Origin: Alloascoidea hylecoeti
Lineage: Eukaryota
Assembly: GCA_001600815.1 (NCBI GenBank)
Contig: BCKZ01000022.1
Span: forward strand, 214,982 to 278,981
Direction of reading: 5' to 3'
Length of the DNA stretch: 64,000 nucleotides
Under the pieces are notes generated by a model. The model made no database searches and was not told the DNA's origin. It saw nothing but the letters and a program-made list of their open reading frames with translations. Below are positions 47,875 through 60,986 of this stretch, piece after piece. The stretch's first letter is position 1. Every line of letters starts with the position of its first letter. Made by a program: the position numbers and the translations under genes.

Positions 47875-48921
47875 TGTTGCTTATGTAGTGTATACAGACG
47901 AATCAAGATTGGTAAAAGAATGCCGTTTTTACTATATGATGATGAATAGTTACTTAGTTTTTATGTAGGAGTTACGTTAAGTGGGCACACTTCTCTTTTT
48001 ATACAGTCAAAAAAAAAAAAAAAAAAAAAATTAGTCTCAACTTGCAACTTGCTCTGCCGAGTCTATTACATCTTTCACATCATCTTCGAAACCTTAAACA
48101 AAGTCAAACCTTATCCTTAAAGTGGCTTAAATGTTGTATATCAGTGCTGTTTCCTGCTATTTACGTTCATTTCCACCGTGTATTATCATGACAAGACCCC
48201 TACCGAAATCCTTATACTCCTTTGGAGTAGGAGTTTGACCGGTTTTGTTTAAAAAGTGTTGTGTGGTTACTTTAAAACGTTTTCGTGATGATATTATATC
48301 CGAAAACGTTCAAAATATCCTCATCAAAGATTTCCAACCCAAAACACGTTAGAATCGTATTATTGTTTCTTGAGATAATAGAGTGAAGAGCTCTGGTTTT
48401 ATTCCAGTAACACATTAGTATCCACGAGAAATATGAATGCTTGTTAATTTCCGGTTATAATATTAAGCAAAGTTTCTGATGGTTTATAGTTACTACAACT
48501 AGACTTATAAATTTATGTCTAAATAATCTATATAGTTGAGATAAAATTTCTACCATATATAAAAATTACCATGTAAGAACTAAAATAAAGTTTTAATATG
48601 TGATATGAAACATGTTTTCTACCTTGACTGTGACTGTGACTGTGACTTAAATGAAATGATGATTCTTTAACTGTCTTATTGGTCATCTCTGGTCATACTA
48701 TATACAGTTGATGGTTCTTGTTTTCTAAGGAGCGTTTTAATGTGTATGAGTCCCAGACTGTTTAAATAAATGCACCATCCATAATTGGATTTCATTTCTG
48801 ATTACCCGATTGGGAATAAATATAGAGATGTTACCCTACTTTAGTGTTAATGACTTCTCACTTGATACATTAGTATGGCGACTTACACCCCTTATCATAT
48901 ATTAAAACTTCTAACTCAACA

Positions 48922-49926
48922 ATGAAAGTATGTATGATATTTATTACGCGTATATTTGAAATTCATTATTAATACTATATTATTATCATCTAGTTTGTCG
49001 ACGAGATTGCTTTTGAGCGAATAAATCAATATTTAAAATTCGACACTACCGATTGTCATATCGATGGAGGATGCGAATTATTTACAACCAAACCAGCAGG
49101 GTCCGATAAGAAATTATTTAAAACCGTTGATAAGCACATAGATACGATGCTTGCAGATATAAATCAACAAGAGTATGAATTCTTACCTTTTAACTCACAA
49201 AGTCTTGATTTAATATCAGAATCAAAATCCCGATTTGTTAACGATAACAATCACAATCACAACAACATTGACAATATCAGTAATAGTAATAAAAGTATTA
49301 TTAATAATAAATCAAGAAGATATTCAAGTTTTAGCTATACTGAATCTGATTCTCACCCAATTTTATCATCAAAATCTTTTGATAGTGGTTATAATAGTAT
49401 ATTATCTGCATCACCATTTGGACCAATGAATTTAAATTCAAATAGGAAAACATTTGTTAATTTAATTGGAATTTTAAATGCTATACATCCAGATCATGAT
49501 TTTTCAAATTTACAACCAATTGATTTTCAAAAAGAAAAAAATTATTATAAAATGATTAATAAATTTAACAATACATTAATTGGTTTAGGTAAAACTGTTT
49601 CTGCCTGGATGTGGGAAGCAATTGATTTTCAAATTGATTTAAAAGAATCAATTGTTTATACTTATTCTCCATCTTCTTTATTTTTAGATGATGATCCTGG
49701 ATTTTTATGGTCAACAATGTGGTTTATTGTTAATAAAAAACGGAAAAGAGTTTGTTTTTTATATGTTAATGCTGTTCGACATCCTTCTTCTCCACTAACT
49801 GAAACTAAAAAACTAAAGAAGGCAAATGATGAAGAAAGTGCTGTTATTAGTGATGATGGTTATGATGAAGAATATGATCTTAGGTATGATGATGAAAATA
49901 TCGTTGGAGATTTAGAAATGGAATAA
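48922..49926 (+). CDS. MAF1: RNA polymerase III repressor Maf1, 2 exons
   Basis: ATGAAA|GTATGT intron 48928-48993 gives MKFVDE...CELFTTK...SDKKLFK; also GPM..SNRKTF, HPDHDFS, FIVNKKRKRV and an acidic tail. Confidence 0.95.
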
Positions 49927-50362
49927 ATATAAATCATTGTTAATTGGTCACTGGATTTTATTTTGATTTCATTTTTATCATTTGATTATATTAGTGTTAT
50001 GTTATTATGACATTTTAAATGTATTATATTTGACCCTTTAATGATATGTATGGTTTTTCTATATCTTATTTTGTTTATCGGAGTTGATTATGCTTAATAT
50101 TGTTTGTGTTTTTCTCTTTTTTTTATATAGTTGTTATTCCTTTTGAATTTGGTGTCTATTTTGGCTATATAATATTAATATTAATGTTAGGATATGTTAA
50201 TAAAGAAACAATCATCTTTTATTATTAGCTATGATTATAAATTGCTTAGTTGCTATATATATTAATATATTTAATGAGTTGTAACAATACTTCTTCTGAA
50301 CCTATATCTAATAAATATATTAGTTTTATGCAATTGTAATATCTATTGAGAAAGAAATCATC

Positions 50363-50864
50363 TTATCCAGGCCCAATTTTTGGCATTTCGTTATGTTCTG
50401 ATAGAGAAGCTAAGTATTCATTATATTCTGCAATACGTTGTTCATGAGTTTTAGCAGCTTTAGTCATCAGGATTTTTTCTAACTATAGATAGTGTATATT
50501 ACTGTTAGTATTGATAATAAACATATAGATATATATTACTTACTCGTTTTCTTCTGATTGTTTCAAATTTCTTTTCAGCTTCAGTTTTACCCAAATCATC
50601 ATCAGAATCATTTGGAGAATCCTTTTCAAGAGGAATTTTATCCATTAAACCTTCATTTATATTTGTATTTGTATTTTCATTCTCAGATTCATGTGAAGAA
50701 CCTTCATGAACATGTTTGTGTTCAATTTCTGTTTCTAACTCTTTCTGTTCAAGTTTTAATTTCTTTTGCTTTTGTTTCCGTTTCTTCTTACCAATTTTTG
50801 ATTTATCACCTTTAAATTTTAATCCTTTTTTAATTGGGATTGAAAAATCATAATCATCAGGCAT
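50363..50864 (-). CDS. FAM32A/DUF1754-like small protein, 2 exons
   Basis: Exons 50864-50544 and 50482-50363 (GTAAGT..TACTAAC..TAG intron) give KTEAEKKFE...KAAKTHEQRIAEYNEYLASLSEHNEMPKIGPG*. Confidence 0.88.
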
Positions 50865-51099
50865 TCTTTAACGATAACATTAATTTCTAAAATTAATATT
50901 GAGGTTTCACCCAAACACCCATACGCCTTCCTTTTGTACGCGTAACGTGGTGTTTAAGTATGCTGAGATCTACGCGGGGTCAATACAGAATTCATGCTTG
51001 GCCAGATCATAAAATCTTCTTTCACCTCCTTTTCTCCTTTCTTTTCTTTCTCCACCTCAATTGAGTGAAAAAAAAAAAAGAACACTACTTCAATCAAGG

Positions 51100-51966
51100 A
51101 TGACTTACGGTACTCGTGCTATTGGTGCTCCAAACACATTGGATTATAAGGTTTTCATTGAGAATGATGGTAAACCAGTCTCTCCCTTCCATGATATTCC
51201 ATTATATGCTGATGAATCTAAACAGATTTTAAATATGATTGTTGAAATTCCAAGATGGACAAATGCTAAATTGGAAGTTACAAAAGAAGATACTTTAAAT
51301 CCAATTAAACAAGATACTAAAAAGGGGAAATTAAGATTTGTTAGAAATAGTTTCCCACATCATGGTTATATTCATAATTATGGAGCTTTCCCACAAACTT
51401 GGGAAGATCCAAATTCAATTCATCCTGAAACTAAAGCAAAAGGCGATAATGATCCTTTAGATGTTTGTGAAATTGGTGAAACTGTTGGGTATGTAGGTCA
51501 AGTTAAACAAGTTAAAGTGTTGGGTGTTATGGCTTTACTTGATGAAGGTGAAACTGATTGGAAAATCATTGCAATTGATGTTAATGATCCATTAGCTGCT
51601 AAATTAGATGATATTGAAGATGTTGAACGTCATTTACCTGGTTTATTACGTGCCACAAATGAATGGTTTCGTATTTATAAAATTCCTGATGGAAAACCAG
51701 AAAATCAATTTGCATTTTCAGGTGAAGCAAAAAATAAAAAATATGCTGAAGAAGTTATTCGTGAATGTAATGAAGCATGGGAAAAATTAATTTCTGGTAA
51801 ATCTATTGATTCAAAAGGAATTGATTTAACTAATACTACATTAGATACAACTCCAACTTTTAGTGATTCTGAATCTTTGTCAATTCCTGAAAATCAAGGA
51901 TTACCTCCTGCACCAATTGATAAATCTGTTGATAAGTGGTTTTTCATTTCTGGTGCTTCTGTTTAG
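51100..51966 (+). CDS. IPP1: Cytoplasmic inorganic pyrophosphatase
   Basis: [45 protein letters not shown] and [13 protein letters not shown] at 51100. Confidence 0.97.
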   Translation: MTYGTRAIGAPNTLDYKVFIENDGKPVSPFHDIPLYADESKQILNMIVEIPRWTNAKLEVTKEDTLNPIKQDTKKGKLRFVRNSFPHHGYIHNYGAFPQTWEDPNSIHPETKAKGDNDPLDVCEIGETVGYVGQVKQVKVLGVMALLDEGETDWKIIAIDVNDPLAAKLDDIEDVERHLPGLLRATNEWFRIYKIPDGKPENQFAFSGEAKNKKYAEEVIRECNEAWEKLISGKSIDSKGIDLTNTTLDTTPTFSDSESLSIPENQGLPPAPIDKSVDKWFFISGASV

Positions 51967-52442
51967 AGAAATAATTTAAATGTTTAAATGTTTTTTATAT
52001 GTTTTTATATTTAAATTAGATTGATATACGAGATAAGATATATGTTTATAAATGAATGAAGAATGAATAAATTAGTAGATTCATATAAGTAAAAATAAAA
52101 ATCTTGACGTTTATAATATTATAATGACAACGTTGCAATAATTAATTATAAATGGCTAGATGCATGCAATTAATGCTCATAATTAATAATATTCTGATAC
52201 TACTGAACATCATTAAAACTTCAGCCAACAATTCTCGGCTAGGAATTATATAAGTAGTGGCCTAGCGAATTGTAGCAATCCACCGCACACAGTTAGACAT
52301 TCCAATCATACACATCCGAACGCAGTCATTAGCTTCCACCCTCTTCACGACCCAAAATTTCCAATCAGGGACATTCTGTTCTCGGTACTTACTACTGACA
52401 CAATCAATAACCTGACGCAATAGATAGCTTAGTAAGTTAGTA

Positions 52443-52520
52443 TTGAGATGTTGAACAGGGTTGATATATATGTCAATTGCTATTGTTCAATCAAGAGATC
52501 AACCCTGTTCAACATCTCAA
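52443..52520. repeat. Perfect 23-bp inverted repeat, 32-nt loop
   Basis: TTGAGATGTTGAACAGGGTTGAT (52443-52465) pairs with ATCAACCCTGTTCAACATCTCAA (52498-52520). Confidence 0.95.
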
Positions 52521-52799
52521 ATGATTCTGAGAATGATGGGGCGGATAGATTGAAAACGCCGAGAGATGAGATGTTGGTAGATAGACGAAATGATAAATGT
52601 TTTGATTCAAAGATATAGATTCCAGGTCTCATAGATTCAATGAAGGAAATTCAGCTGATCAAGATAAGAAAAGGTAGATCAGCTGACTGTGATCATGTGA
52701 CAATAAAATATCATGTGATCTGGCCTTTAACAAAATCAACCTCTAAATATTTTCTTACCTTTTTCTTTGTACAAATTTTATTTTTTTACTGTGGAATCT

Positions 52800-53900
52800 T
52801 TAAAGTTTGCATTGTTATTCTTAACGCCACGAATGATAGAGCTCAAAGATGTGCGAAAAGAAGTTAAGTTCATAATAGTGTTGTTTTATCAAGCAAAATG
52901 TTTGGGTATATTCTACTCTCATATATTTAATTTTGCATTACTTAAACTTACATTTTCTCGAAGAAAATTCTAATCAGGGTACTCCACTGATGATTTGATG
53001 GTTTGCTATACTCGGATATAGGCATTTTGTTGATAAATTGTTCTTCGTCTCAATCTAAAAGAGAGCGGCGCATCATCATCAGTGGTAGTTGGAGTACTTT
53101 TGATTGCTTTGAAAGAATATAAGGGTAGTGTGACAAAATTGAATAAATGAAGAGAATATACACATACCATATGTTTGCTTTCTAAATCAGCACTATTATG
53201 AGCTTGAATTCTTTTTGCACGTCTCTGAGCTTTAACATTGGTACTATTTGGTAGTGTTTGGCATAGCGGTACAAACTTTAATAATTTCGTAGTAAAAGGC
53301 AAAAGGACAAAATATGTATAAAGAAAAAGGTAGAGAAATAAATTCTAATAAACAGTATTTAAATTATTAGACCGTGACTTCAGCTATCACACATCATGAC
53401 AATTCTATGCATATGTTGCTATCTCAAGAGGAATAACATATTATTCCATTACCACTATAGGATCGGTTGCAATACTGATGTACGTAATGATATGCATATT
53501 CTTTAAAAATATAAAGAGATTCTTAAAGATATAATCAAATTAATGATAATTATAAAAAAAGAGTGTAAAATGGGTGAGGAAGTAAAGTCTATATCACGAT
53601 ACATGTATTTTCATTCCTACATGACTGAGTTTGTTTTTTACTTGATTAGTTATAGAACCAACATAGACGCGGAATCGAAGATTCCCGTATGTTTGGATCA
53701 ACACAATCCTCCTAAAGTTCTTATGTATATATCGTTAGTCAAACCTAGTGGTTAGTTCAAGCCCCAATGCATCGGCTCCTTCTATAAGCTAGCTTATATA
53801 TTTCTATGGTACTATCACAATTGGGTGGAGTGAACTTTCGCTTAATCCGTAAATTTTCGCGAGTTCTTCATAGGAGATGGCAGCATCTAAAACAACGTCT
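52800..53900 (-). mobile_element. Possible decayed Tc1/mariner-type transposase
   Basis: HTH-like ISYEELAKIYGLSESSL (about 53825-53880), then MVC, IYQQ-NAYIRV (compare FQQDNAxIH), WSTL and HIFEL in transposase order; heavily disrupted. Confidence 0.35.
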
Positions 53901-54479
53901 CCTCAATTTTGACCTTTTTTCATTTTATGGGCATATTTACGGCTTCTACTCTTTATGGAGGCGTATAACTGAGAACCAGCGTAGAAACTATCACGGCGGT
54001 AGCACCTCTCCCCTTTTATTGGTGAAGTTTAAAAAAACTTGACGCCATATATATATCAATTTCCTGTTGGTCTGTTGGTGTGTGGTGTTACGTAGTATTG
54101 CCATCAACAAATTCCAAGGTGTCGAAATTTTCATTTTACAGGTAGTCAACAAATGCTCAATCTAAATGAAGTGTTCACGTTATACAAAGAATGGCAATTT
54201 TCGTTTAATGTCTGGATGAACAACATTGGGGCATCGAGCACTCAGCACAATCCGTGACTCATACAATATTCTAATTGATATGAATTTGAATTTGAACAAT
54301 GACAAAAAAATATAATAATGATGTATATAAAGTATGGACGATATTCTATCAAACTAATCTGACTCTTTTGGAATGTGGAATCCAGAGTGTCGTGATTTAG
54401 TAGAGTTTGAACTTTGATTGATTATTGGCCATTTATTGTTCATTTTTATGTTTGTTTTCAAGAGATACATTTTTGAATA

Positions 54480-55700
54480 ATAATAATCATGATAATGAAG
54501 AAGAACTGGTCAAGGATTAAACTTTAATCCCATTAAATCACGACCATTTGGATCCCGCAATCCAAAAGGGTTAGATTAGTTTGATTAAATAAAATATTTT
54601 TCATACTTTTTATCTTTTTTTTATATGTTTTCATCATTCAATGTGTGTCTAATTTCTCTGATAAAACCTATTTGCTTGGTATAATAAATTTATCTACTGG
54701 CAAATATGTTTGATTTATTTCCTTTATCACATTATTTGCGTAGAGGAAGTTAAGTTCTTCTTTCATTGACTCGAAAGTATTTTCCACATAATTGATTTGC
54801 ATTGCATCTTTTGGCTCATGTCTTCTTCTCCTAGTTCCCTTTGGTAATATAATATTTCAATAAACTTTTAGGAATATTTATTTCCCTATCATCAATTATA
54901 TTTTCGTCTTCCTGTACCTCAATATTTTCTACGACTCTATCTGTACCAATAACATCTCCTTCATTTTCAGTAACAATATTTTCAATATTATCACTTATAT
55001 TCTCATCAACAACTTCTATCTCTGGATTCACTTCAAAATTATCACCAATATTAATATTAGCTTCATCTAAATTAATTTACCACCTGATATTCCAACAATA
55101 AGTTCCGTAATCTCCATTAAAATCCATTTTTTTGGCTGTTGGGAACTCTATATGAGCCAATCTTATCAAAATTTCCTTTCACTATATTATACAGAAACTA
55201 TATACTTTACCATCAATGGCCAGTACTCCTTTCTACTGAAGCTTGGGATGAGCTGTGACCTGGTGAATTTATGATCTGATTTATTCCATATTGACTCATA
55301 GTTTCCTTAAATTGAGAGTTGACAAATTCCTTACCTTGATCACTAACAACAGTTGTTATTAATTTTCCAGTTTGAGCTTTCAAATATGTATACAACTTTT
55401 TAAACAATGACATTTTCGGCACTTTTTTCATTCAAACAGAAACTTGTTAGCAGACCTGTTTTTCTCTCTTTTCCAACTAATATAAACCTTTTATTGTCAT
55501 ATGAAGTTTGCAATGGACCTAAAATAATCAAGATATATTTCTAATTTTTGAATTTCATCTTCATTTTTCTCTTCATCTATTTATCTATATCTTTTCTTCT
55601 TCAGTTAAGTTATTTGATTTCAATAATAATTTTTTGTTAAAGTGACCATATGTTTTGTGAATTGGATTAATATTCAAAACTTCGTTTCTAATTATTTTTA
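54480..55700 (-). mobile_element. Decayed Ty1/copia LTR retrotransposon (pre-integrase, integrase, RT start)
   Basis: IHKTYGHFN, ILGPLQTSYDNKRFIL, LKAQTGKLITTVVSDQGKEF...SVERS (rve core), then SMKEELNFLYANNV...IIPSK*VL...YKKR (RVT_2 start). Integrase precedes RT, the copia order. Confidence 0.75.
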
Positions 55701-55862
55701 GAACTATAATATAAGGGCATGAAATCCCACCTTAGAAGAAGATGGGAGGGCTATATACCTGTTTGTGAAATTGTTAAATTTTTTTGGGAGGTTATGTAGT
55801 CTTTTAACTTAATATCGGCCACTTTAGATACTGAGGTTTAACAATTTCCATTTAATTTAGGC

Positions 55863-56104
55863 CAGTATATAAACTAAATATTCAGCCATATATTTAACTA
55901 CTTTAGCACTTGACGTGATTCTAAAGTTACCCTACCAGTTTTTCAGTTAGCTAAGATAGATTTATACGTTCCCCGTTTCTTTATATTCTAAAACAAATTA
56001 AACCTACATTTTGTATCAAAAACAGCATTTTCGACTTTGGAATAATATTGGATATTTTAACTTACAATTTTGTATGACTTTTTAAACAACTATTAATTGG
56101 ATTT
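55863..56104 (-). repeat. Second copy of the dispersed repeat at 31403-31618
   Basis: Reverse-complement match with an insertion of about 25 bp (around 55959-55985); ends 50 bp before the CTF18 ATG. Confidence 0.9.
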
Positions 56105-56154
56105 AAGAGTAGTATACGTATACAAAATATACAAGACGCGTCAGGTTTATAGAA

Positions 56155-58846
56155 ATGGATATTGATACCATAAATCAATCTAATTTTACGGATTCTTCTT
56201 CAACCCCACTTCCGATATTTAAAGGAGGTAAAAGTCTTTTGGGAAAAACATCGGAGAATTTCTCTGTGGAGGAAAGTGACATATCGGTTGATTCAGGTGT
56301 AACAGACTCTTCAACTCCACTTCCATTATTTAAAGGTGGTAAAAGTCTTTTTAGAAAGTCATCAGAAAATTTCCCTGTGAAGAAGAATGAAATATCAGCG
56401 GATTCAAGTTTTAAATCTCATAATAAAGAAAATATTTCATCTGACATTATCCCATCTTTTCCAATACAAAATAAAAAAAATCAAGATCGAAACATAATTT
56501 TATCAAATGGTAAAGAAATAATACTAAGAAGAAAGAAAAAAAATTCGTTATTAAATTTTAAATCAAATCAAAAATTACCAAGTATACAACATGCTTTACC
56601 ATTACCAAAACTTCCTCCTTCTCTACCTAAAATCAATACCAATTCGGATAATTCAAATTCAAATTCAAACTCAAAGGATAAAAATCGTTCGATTTTATGG
56701 ACAGAAAATTATAGACCAAAAAAATATATTGATTTAATTGGTGATGATAAATCTCATAGACGAGTTTTAAAATGGTTAAAATTATGGTCACAATTAGTTT
56801 TTGGAAAAATTATAAATTTTTCAAAATTTGATAAATCAAGATCAATATCAAAATCAAAATCAAATTTTATTCAACAAGAAACAATAATTGATGTATTAGG
56901 TAGACCAGATAAAAAAATCATTTTATTATCTGGACCACCAGGTATTGGTAAAACAACCATTGCTCATGTTTCTGCAAAACAAGCAGGTTTTAATGTTTTA
57001 GAAATTAATGCAAGTGATGAAAGAGGTGGTGTAAATGTTAAAGATAAAATTATAAATGCTGTTATGTCTCATTCATATAATGGTAAACCAACTTGTGTTA
57101 TACTTGATGAAATTGATGGTGCAACAGATGGTGGTTTTATAAAAGTATTGGTTGATTTGGTGAATCAAGATAATAAAGCAATAAATCAATTAAAACTTTT
57201 AAATGATAAAGAAAAATCATCATCAAAAATAATTAAAAAAATTATAAAAAGACCAATAATTGCAATTTGTAATGATTTATATTCATCACAATTAGAAAAA
57301 TTAAGACCATTATGTGAAATTTTAAAAATTGAAAAAATTAATAAAAATTCAATAATTTCAAGATTATCTTCTATATGTATTAATGAAAATTTATCATTAT
57401 CAAACAAAGATTTAAATGATATTGTTGAAATAAATGAATGTGATTTAAGAAGTTGTTTAAATTTTTTACAATTTGGTGGAGGTGAATCAATTATAAATAA
57501 AGAAGGACTATTTTCAAGAGATGGAATGTCAAGTTGGTTTACAGTTGTTAATCATGTTTTTAAAAGAGATTGGAAATCTACAAAAAAAATTGAATTTGAT
57601 AAATTAAACCGAATATTAGAAACTTCAACTCAATTCAATAAAATAATTACAAGTATGTATTAATTTCTTCTGGTTTCTATTATTATTATTATTATTACTA
57701 ACAATATAACTTCATAGAATGTTTTGCTACATATGCAAATTCTCGTTATCAAGATGATTTATTTAGTAAACCAATGATACTTGGAGATTGGTTATATTTT
57801 TATGATATAATTAATAAACAAGTTTATACCGAACAACATGGTGAAATGGTTGCATATTTACCACAAGTAATACTTTCATTTTTTAATCTTTTTAACGATT
57901 TAGGAAATAATGAAAATTTAAAAATTGATAATACTTATGAGGTAAGAGATTTCATTTACAAATTATGTTTATATTTTTTATGCTAATTAATGATATTATA
58001 TAGATTCAAGAAAAAGAAAAACAAACAAAAGATCAATGTCGTAAATTACTTTTATCAACATCAATATCATTAAGACAAATTTTTAAATTATCAACAATTT
58101 CTTTAGAATTAGCACCATATTTATTTAAAATTTTAAAACCTCAAGTTAACATCGTTAAATTAAATAATGAAAAATGTTGGGATTTTTTAAAATTAAAAAA
58201 ATCTTCTCAAATTATAGATGATTTAAATATTCAAATATTTTTAGAAAAACAAAAGAGTTATGAAAATGGATATATTGGAACAGGAGAAGTTGCAAAAATG
58301 ATACCGTAAGTTGAATTTTATCTATCAATTCAGATATATATATATATTTTTTTTGAAATGAAATACTAACAAAAACTAAAATTATTAAGACGGATTGATT
58401 TAATAACTATTTTTGGTGTAAAAGAAGAAAGATTATCAAGTCAAAAAATGGCAATTTTATTACCTTATATAAATGGACAATTAGAAAAATTAAGAATTGA
58501 TAAACATAAGAGATCATTTGGAACTTTTGAAAATGGTCAAGAAAAAATGTTTACAGTTTCAAAAAAGAAATCAGGTAAAAAACATAAATCAAAATCAATA
58601 AAAGATAAAGATAAAAATGAGAATGAGAATGAAGATTCACCACAGAAAAAACCAATGAAAAATAAGATTTGGTTTGCTAAAAATGATTCTACACGTATGA
58701 TTGGTAAAGCTGGTAGTGAGAGTCAAAGTATCAATGGAAGAATGGATGATATTCAAAGAAATAAATTAAGGATATGGGTTCGTTATAATGAAGGATTTTC
58801 AAATGCCGTTAGAAAAAATATCACATGGAAAGAATTGTGGGATTGA
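56155..58846 (+). CDS. CTF18: Alternative clamp loader large subunit Ctf18, 4 exons
   Basis: LWTENYRP, GPPGIGKTT, EINASDER, ILDEIDG, RPIIAICND and DLRSCLN motifs; C-terminal WVRYNEGFSNAVRKNITWKELW. Exons 56155-57652, 57718-57941, 58004-58305 and 58390-58846 splice in frame. Confidence 0.95.
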
Positions 58847-59093
58847 TAATGTTATATAGATAGTAGCTGTTAACGTTTGTTTAAATTATATTAATTTCAC
58901 TCTTTCAACTTCATAATTATAAATCCCATAAGAATTGAAATATTGGATGCTTTTCTTATAGTTAGTTAGTAAAAACAATAATTAACTTTAAAATTGGATA
59001 GTATTTCAACTAAATCAGCAGCAGTTCGCAACAGAATTGTGTATTCGTTAGAAACAAATGGGGATCTCAATTCAATTTTCATTTCTTAACTGT

Positions 59094-59173
59094 GAATTCA
59101 GATGTGAGGAGGGACAAAATGTACAATTTTTACTACAAGACTGTACATTTTGTCCCTCCTCACATCTGAATTC
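59094..59173. repeat. Perfect 32-bp inverted repeat, 16-nt loop
   Basis: GAATTCAGATGTGAGGAGGGACAAAATGTACA (59094-59125) pairs with its reverse complement at 59142-59173. Confidence 0.95.
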
Positions 59174-59229
59174 CAACAATCACTAAAAACACCAACTTTG
59201 ATGCAAAAAGCAAAAACAGCAGGAGAGCT

Positions 59230-60250
59230 TTAATATTAATGCAAGTCTTACCAAGACAATCATCTCTTTAATTTCGGCTGCAGAAATTTCAATTTTCAAT
59301 AGATAACAATTATAAATACAATTATAAATTAATAATTTTTTCCTTAAGTTTTTATAGACCATCCAAAGCAGTTAGCTTTTTCGAATCAGCATCAATTGAA
59401 AAAATAGAACTAAAATTTAATTTTTAGATCATCTAAATTCCAAATGATAATAGTACAATCATTATTAACAGAAATAATTTTATTATTAACTATTAATAAA
59501 TAAGTATTGATTATTTGCCATCATGGATGATACTCGATCATATCCAAATTCTTGGATTCTTTGATCAGTTTCAATATTCCAAGATATTATACCCCAAAAT
59601 TCTTTACTATATATAATACCGTTATGAATACAAATACCAAAAAGGGGAGAATGTCCTTTTAAATGGAATTGAAAATTAAACTGTAACTTGTTGGTGTTAG
59701 ACGTTGTATTGGCTTGAAATCTGGTAATTTCCAAACCATACAAGAATTATCAAATGAACCAGAAACCAAATATTTGTCATTACTATCCATGTGTATAACA
59801 CTACCTGAATAATATTTGGTGTAAATATTTTGTGGTAATTCCAACATTTCTGTCATGGGTACAATATCCAAATCCGATCCATTTTCTGTTAATATGTACA
59901 TATATGATGCGCCTAATAATTTTAAACATTCAAAAGTTTATCCCAAATTCTTATTGTACCATCAAATGAACCAGTTAAAATCCAGCTTTCAAAAATATTT
60001 AACAAAATAAGTTGGGCCAAAATGGCCACCTAATTTATGCTGCTGTCTGTGTAAATTTACCATTTTTCCAATTTAATTTTAAATGATGGTTCGGTATATA
60101 ATTCATACTATGAATCAGTTTCTGAATCATCATTATAGTATTTCAATGGTTTTTGATCTTGAAACTTTGATCTCCGTACCATAACTGCTTTCAACTATTT
60201 GTTTCTATGATTTCGAAACTCCTCTACAATTAAATAAAGTTGTTGGTGAT
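59230..60250 (-). pseudogene. F-box/WD40 pseudogene
   Basis: TLFNCRGVSKS*K (F-box), HKLGGH, WILTGSFDGTIRIWD, YLVSGSFDNSCMVW and NNDCTIIIWNL in shifting frames; paralogous to 47530-47874. Confidence 0.8.
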
Positions 60251-60267
60251 GACAATATATATATATT

Positions 60268-60455
60268 TTTAGCAGGAACATGGTACTTAATTGTCCATAT
60301 TTCAATACATAATTTGAACATTTTGTCCCTCCATACATCAGAATGAAATTCTAAGGTATTTGATGCAAGTAGTGCATATTACTGATGTATGGAGGGACAA
60401 AATGTCCAAATTATGTATTGAAATATGGACAATTAAGTACCATGTTCCTGCTAAA
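60268..60455. repeat. 74-bp inverted repeat (1 mismatch), 40-nt loop
   Basis: Arms 60268-60341 and 60382-60455; contains GATGTATGGAGGGACAAAATGT, a motif shared with 59094-59173, 60603 and (partially) 60685. Confidence 0.95.
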
Positions 60456-60986
60456 CTGGTAGAAGACTTGCTAACGTAGTTTTTTTTCCAACTCCAAAAA
60501 TTAAGACGCTAGTCTGACTGATACATACACGTGATACGAATTTATGATTGTGAGACTTGCATTAAATTTGAGGTAGGTTTTGCATACAAATGTTGAAAAA
60601 ATGATGTACGGAGGGACAAAATGTTCAAATTTTGTAGTTAGAGTGAGCAAATAGGTACACTTGCATGAAAGCTTACATCGTTCTGATGTATGGAGGGTTT
60701 GAACAAATAAGTGAAGGTCTAGAGTCTGAACTATTTAGCTTACACTTTTTTTGCCTTTCTTTCTGTCAGTGAAAAATCAAAACTCCGATTATAAGAACTA
60801 TCTCAAAGTTGACATTCAACAGGAATGGGAATATCTATACGGTACCTATAAGGCTAGAAAACACTAACGACAATTAATATTGTATCCAGAACTTACCAAT
60901 ATTCCATTCTAGCCCCTTTTTCACTGGTTCCGAAAACAATCACTGGACAGTATGGGACAATTTCATACGGCTTCCTTGTGCACACA

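Noticed and set aside
48009..48030. Poly(A) tract as a retrocopy tail of the F-box/RPA49 relics
   Set aside because: Wrong strand and wrong end for minus-strand genes.
51061..51099. In-frame TTG extension of IPP1
   Set aside because: Short, runs through a poly(A) leader, lacks presequence character; the ATG at 51100 matches the known Ipp1 N-terminus.
59094..60700. CRISPR-like or telomeric interpretation of the repeated motif
   Set aside because: Eukaryotic context, mixed orientations, irregular spacing, no cas genes and no tandem array.
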